The position numbers and the translations under genes are program-made. Of a stretch of DNA of 64,000 nt, positions 59,876 through 64,000 are shown in pieces. The notes beneath the pieces were generated by a model. That model saw only the letters and a list, made by a program, of their open reading frames with translations, was not told where the DNA came from and did not search any database. The stretch's first letter is position 1, and each line of letters starts with the position of its first letter. Origin of the DNA: Octopus vulgaris (lineage: Eukaryota); NCBI GenBank assembly GCA_951406725.2, contig OX597814.1, forward strand, positions 89,156,001 through 89,220,000, written 5' to 3'.

Positions 59876-60838
59876 TTTATCTGTGAAAATTTAGTTGTTA
59901 TATAGTTGAGACTTTTGAAGAATGATATTAGTAGACAAAGAAGGCAAAGTAGAGATCCAGTGGAGAAAAAGATTTGGAATAAAAGTCTTTAATGTAGTGA
60001 TTGGTGATTAAGACACAGCAAAGATGTTAGTTAGGAGAGGTAAATGCATGAGTATTTTACTGAAGGTTACATGGCTGCTTGTTAGTTCAGAGAAGCAGAC
60101 TGTTTTTCTCTATGCTAGACAGAGGAAGAAAGCAACAGTTGGAATCTTTTCAAACTTCTTAGACAGATATGATCAATATGGTTTGATGCTCAATTTGAAT
60201 ATCTAGCATATTGATGATCAGCAACCATTTTTTGATAGAGTCAAGACTGAGTGTGGGACTTGTATTCTAATGTGATTGCACATGAACTTTGCAGAGACAA
60301 ATAATAGTGGCCCATGTATGTTCTGGCCTTTAAGAAGAAACCCGGTCTTTGGAATACAATTTTAGTAATGTTATATACACGAGGTCACCATGAGAGCTTG
60401 TCAGAGATTAAGGCTAGCTTTTGTAGCAATATTATGGTTAGCTTTGGGTTGTTCATGCTTAAAGAAGAAGTGTAATGTAAGACTTTGTCTTTGATTTGTG
60501 TGATGAAGAATGTTTTTGAAGCTTTTGTTCATGGAGCAAGTACAAGTCTGCCATGAAGTGTCTTGGTTATGTGTGGATGATACATGCTGTGATGGATCAA
60601 TTTGACACCGAACTCTCAATCCAAATGATGTTGGACAGAAGGAGCCTATATATGGGGAAACTTTGTTAGAAAACTTTGTTAAATACTGTCAAATAATATG
60701 GATTGTTTTGTATATTGTTCTCATTTTTCTGGTTGAAGTGTGATATAATGAATATCTTACTTTTTTTTTGTCTTTTTGTGGAATGCTGAATTGAAAATTT
60801 TTTTGTTTTATTTATATATTTCTTCATTTCTTTTCCAG

Positions 60839-61017
60839 GTTATAATGAGATTATTTCTAAAGGTTTAACAAATATATTAATCCCCAATGGCTGGAGCTGG
60901 GGCGGTGCAGTCAGTAAATACTATCCAGCCTGGGCTGAATTCTACACGGAAAACAACTTGAGCCAACAATGTTTCACTCCCGGCTTAGAGAGTATCAGAT
61001 TTACGTTAACAGACTGA
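60839..61017 (+). CDS. EEPD1: EEPD1-like last coding exon (GLTNILIPNGWSWGGAVSKYYPAWAEFY...stop)
   Basis: ttttcCAG| acceptor; EEPD1-typical GLTN..IP..WSWGG and P..AEFY; TGA at 61015-61017; AATAAA at ~61096. Confidence 0.9.
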
Positions 61018-62796
61018 ATTTTCTAGAGAATTAAAATCTTATAAATTTATGAAACTAATTTATTTTGAACTGGACTGATTAATTAAATGTGAAATAATAA
61101 ATGCATGGATGTGTGTAATATATCGCATGAATGTGAGCATGTGCATTATAAATATGTGTTTGTTATTGTTTTACATGTGAGAGAAGGTCAGGTACTCTGA
61201 AGTGAGTACATTCAGGATATTGGTGTTTCCAGTTAAACATATCACAGGTTTCAAAATTAGATGCTTCTTACTTGAAAGGCTACAACATGTCCAAACATTA
61301 TAATGTTTTCAATATATCTTGGAAAACCATGACCTAGACCCCTTCTTTTTTTCCAACAAAGCTGGATTTGTTGATATTTCTTTGGTGCTTCCATGTCAAT
61401 GATTAATGTAGTATGCTGAAAAGATAAGGCCTTGATAACAACATTTATATTACACAGCTACTGTTTTGTATGGTTCTCATGATTATTACTACTTGGTATT
61501 GACTAAAGTTTGAAGTAGCCTAAGGAAGTTAGTTGCAAGATGTTAATAAAGTAAGAATTAATACTTTTGTAAATCATGTCAAAACTTTTTAAATATATAA
61601 CTTTATTTTTTTGTTTTTTTGTAAATTACATAGGTTTACTAACAGAGGACATACTTCTGTGAAAGGGAATCTTAAGTGAGTGTATGAGTGCAATAATTTT
61701 GGAAGATCTTTATGTGTGTATATATATATATATATATTCTGGTGCTGTTTTCAGGATAGCAAAAACAGAGAATTACAATTGTGAATTCTGAAAATCACAA
61801 AGTTGAGAATTTTAGCCTGATCATGGTTAAGAATTTTCTCATGTTTAAATATTTTCTCAAATAAACAAGCACTTCATTTTAAACGCTCTGAAGAAGCTAT
61901 TAAGTGATGCACAAGCACTCAGCTCTGTGTACACTGCATCTTGTTGCAGAAACAGTAATAAGCTAATGAAGTTGATTATGTAATTCCTGTTCTCTTATTT
62001 ATTTAATTTCAATATTTTTTATATTAAGTAGAACAGAATAGAAGTGACTAATCAGTTTGTTGAATGTAAGTTTTTCTCAGACTATATTAATAGGGAACAT
62101 TTTCTACGTTGGTTATAATACTCAATAGTAATCTAACAGATAGGAAACTGTTTATAATTATGCATGTTCTCTCATTAGTGTACTAATGAAGTCACAGTTT
62201 TTTACATTTAGATGATCTTTTTTTGATAGCTCTAATTTAGCAGAGCACTTGTAGTGTAGATGTTGAAGTGCTTGCCAGTTAATCTGTAGGAAATATAGAT
62301 TTCTGCAATACTAATATCATTGATAAATAGTCGGTGTATAATTACCAGTAAACATTAAATAATATTTGATTTGTTACATCCATTTATAAAATTGATTAAG
62401 GTGTTTGATACTTGTTCTTTCATGTCATTAAGAGTTTCAAAAGTGGCAAGCTGACAGAATAATTACCAAACCAAGCAAAATACTTATTAAACGGTTTTTT
62501 TTCCAGCTTTATGTTCCAAGTTCAAATTCCACCAAGGTTGACTTTACCTTTCATGCATTTGGGGTCAATAATATAAGCACCAATTGAACACCAAGCATTG
62601 ATTTAATTGACTGGCCTCTTCCCCTAATATTTCGGGTTTTGTGCCTACAAAAAAAATTATTAAGGGTTTCAGCCTACTATTATCTACTGAAGAGCTTCTG
62701 GGTTTATAGTTTCAAAAGCTTTTGTGAAATTCATAATGAAGTGGTACAAAACTATGCTTTGTTATCCATACTTTTCTTATAATTGACAGATATTAA

Positions 62797-63016
62797 CCCT
62801 TTTGTTACCATATTCCTGCTGAGGTGCTCTGTGTTTCTTTCAATTACTTAAAATATAACAAAGAATTTAGTAAAATAATTTAGTTATCATTCAGCTAGTA
62901 TTAGGAACATAATTTGTGGCTAAGGTTTGGTGGAAGATTTTAATTCAAAACTTACGAAAACAAGACATTTATACTCAGAGCCAGAGCCGGTTTCAGCCAG
63001 GTTGGTATCAAAAGGG
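62797..63016. mobile_element. piggyBac-type MITE family 2; decayed inverted copy near 35620-35827
   Basis: TTAA|CCCTTTTGTTACC...GGTATCAAAAGGG|TTAA. Confidence 0.85.
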
Positions 63017-64000
63017 TTAAAGCTTGTCATTGAAACACCAGGCACTACAGGAGCAGTTAAAGGTGGTTTAAGAACTCTGTGAATACAGTTTTCAACAGTA
63101 ACATATCAACTTCAGACAATATTGTAACATCATATAGCTCAAACAGTTGTAAGAAACCTCCAAATAGCACTAACTTTCTTTTAGCTTTAATGGACAAATT
63201 CACACCCACAAAAGTTCCTGACAAAGATTTTATTACAACCGTTTCACCTAACGCTGACAGAGATGCTATTACTTTGATAAATTTTCAATATTTTGCAAAT
63301 TTCAGTACCTCAAATAGATGCCATAACTCTATTGAGATTTGTTATCTCGTTAAATGTACTTCAACCAGAAACCTATCTCTATTCATGATGCTTTTTTCCG
63401 TTCAGTCTATTAAAATGATATCCCCCAGAAACAGATTTATTTATCTGAAATGCAGACACTAGCAGAGCTGTTGATTCCACAGTCATAATTGTTTAACTTC
63501 TATACAGAGGACTCTGACTTCATTTCACCCAACTCTTCAACAAGGGAATACATGGATGTACAACAAACTCTAACTAGACCTTTTATTGACAAGATATAAA
63601 AACACTTATCACATGATCATGTGTCCAACTAGGCTATCAAATGTTGTTACACATCACTGATCACAATGCATTTTGAAGTGTTTTAGCTGTCAAATAATGC
63701 CCCCCTGCTGGCTAGGCAAGTAGGCCAACATTCACCCCCCCCCCGATCAAAAGGGGGACTGGAGCCATGTGAAATTAAGTATTTTGTTGAAGAACATCAC
63801 GTGCCATCCAATCAAGGAACTGAACCCACAATCTAGCGATTGTGAGTGCAACAGCTTAACCACTAGGCTATGCACCTTCACTTATAAAAACACTTATATG
63901 TGACTATAATGGTGACACAGATTATTCACTAACATCAAACACTGGTCAAAACAAATTCTCTAAACCATTGTCTCCTCATGCGAGAACAACTCATTTTATC

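Noticed and set aside
63079-63590. 127-aa ORF and following coding-like sequence
   Set aside because: No recognisable motif, start or splice support; possibly a decayed transposon, and BLASTx would be needed.

Overview
Eukaryotic, AT-rich, repeat-dense window. The SINE, RTE and microsatellite landscape suggests an octopus or related coleoid cephalopod; this is inferred, not verified. One host gene can be built by hand: an EEPD1-like gene on the + strand (8 coding exons, 30244-61017, about 614 aa, 2 HhH modules plus an EEP domain) with several canonical catalytic residues replaced. The first 13.4 kb is a huge (TA)n field holding two inserts. One is a young CR1/L2-group LINE with intact ORF2, whose 3' tail is shared with a dispersed tRNA-derived SINE. 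The other is a ~6 kb non-coding unit bounded by an ~84-bp direct repeat. It carries a hammerhead-ribozyme core and two T-depleted tracts that look like A-to-G (ADAR-type) hyper-editing fixed in DNA on the ribozyme strand. The rest holds decayed RTE LINEs, a Gypsy LTR element nested in an RTE 3'UTR, Helitron/Helentron-like elements, piggyBac-type MITEs, three SINE families, further hammerhead cores and several fold-back inverted repeats. Most ORF-track entries are microsatellite or antisense artefacts.
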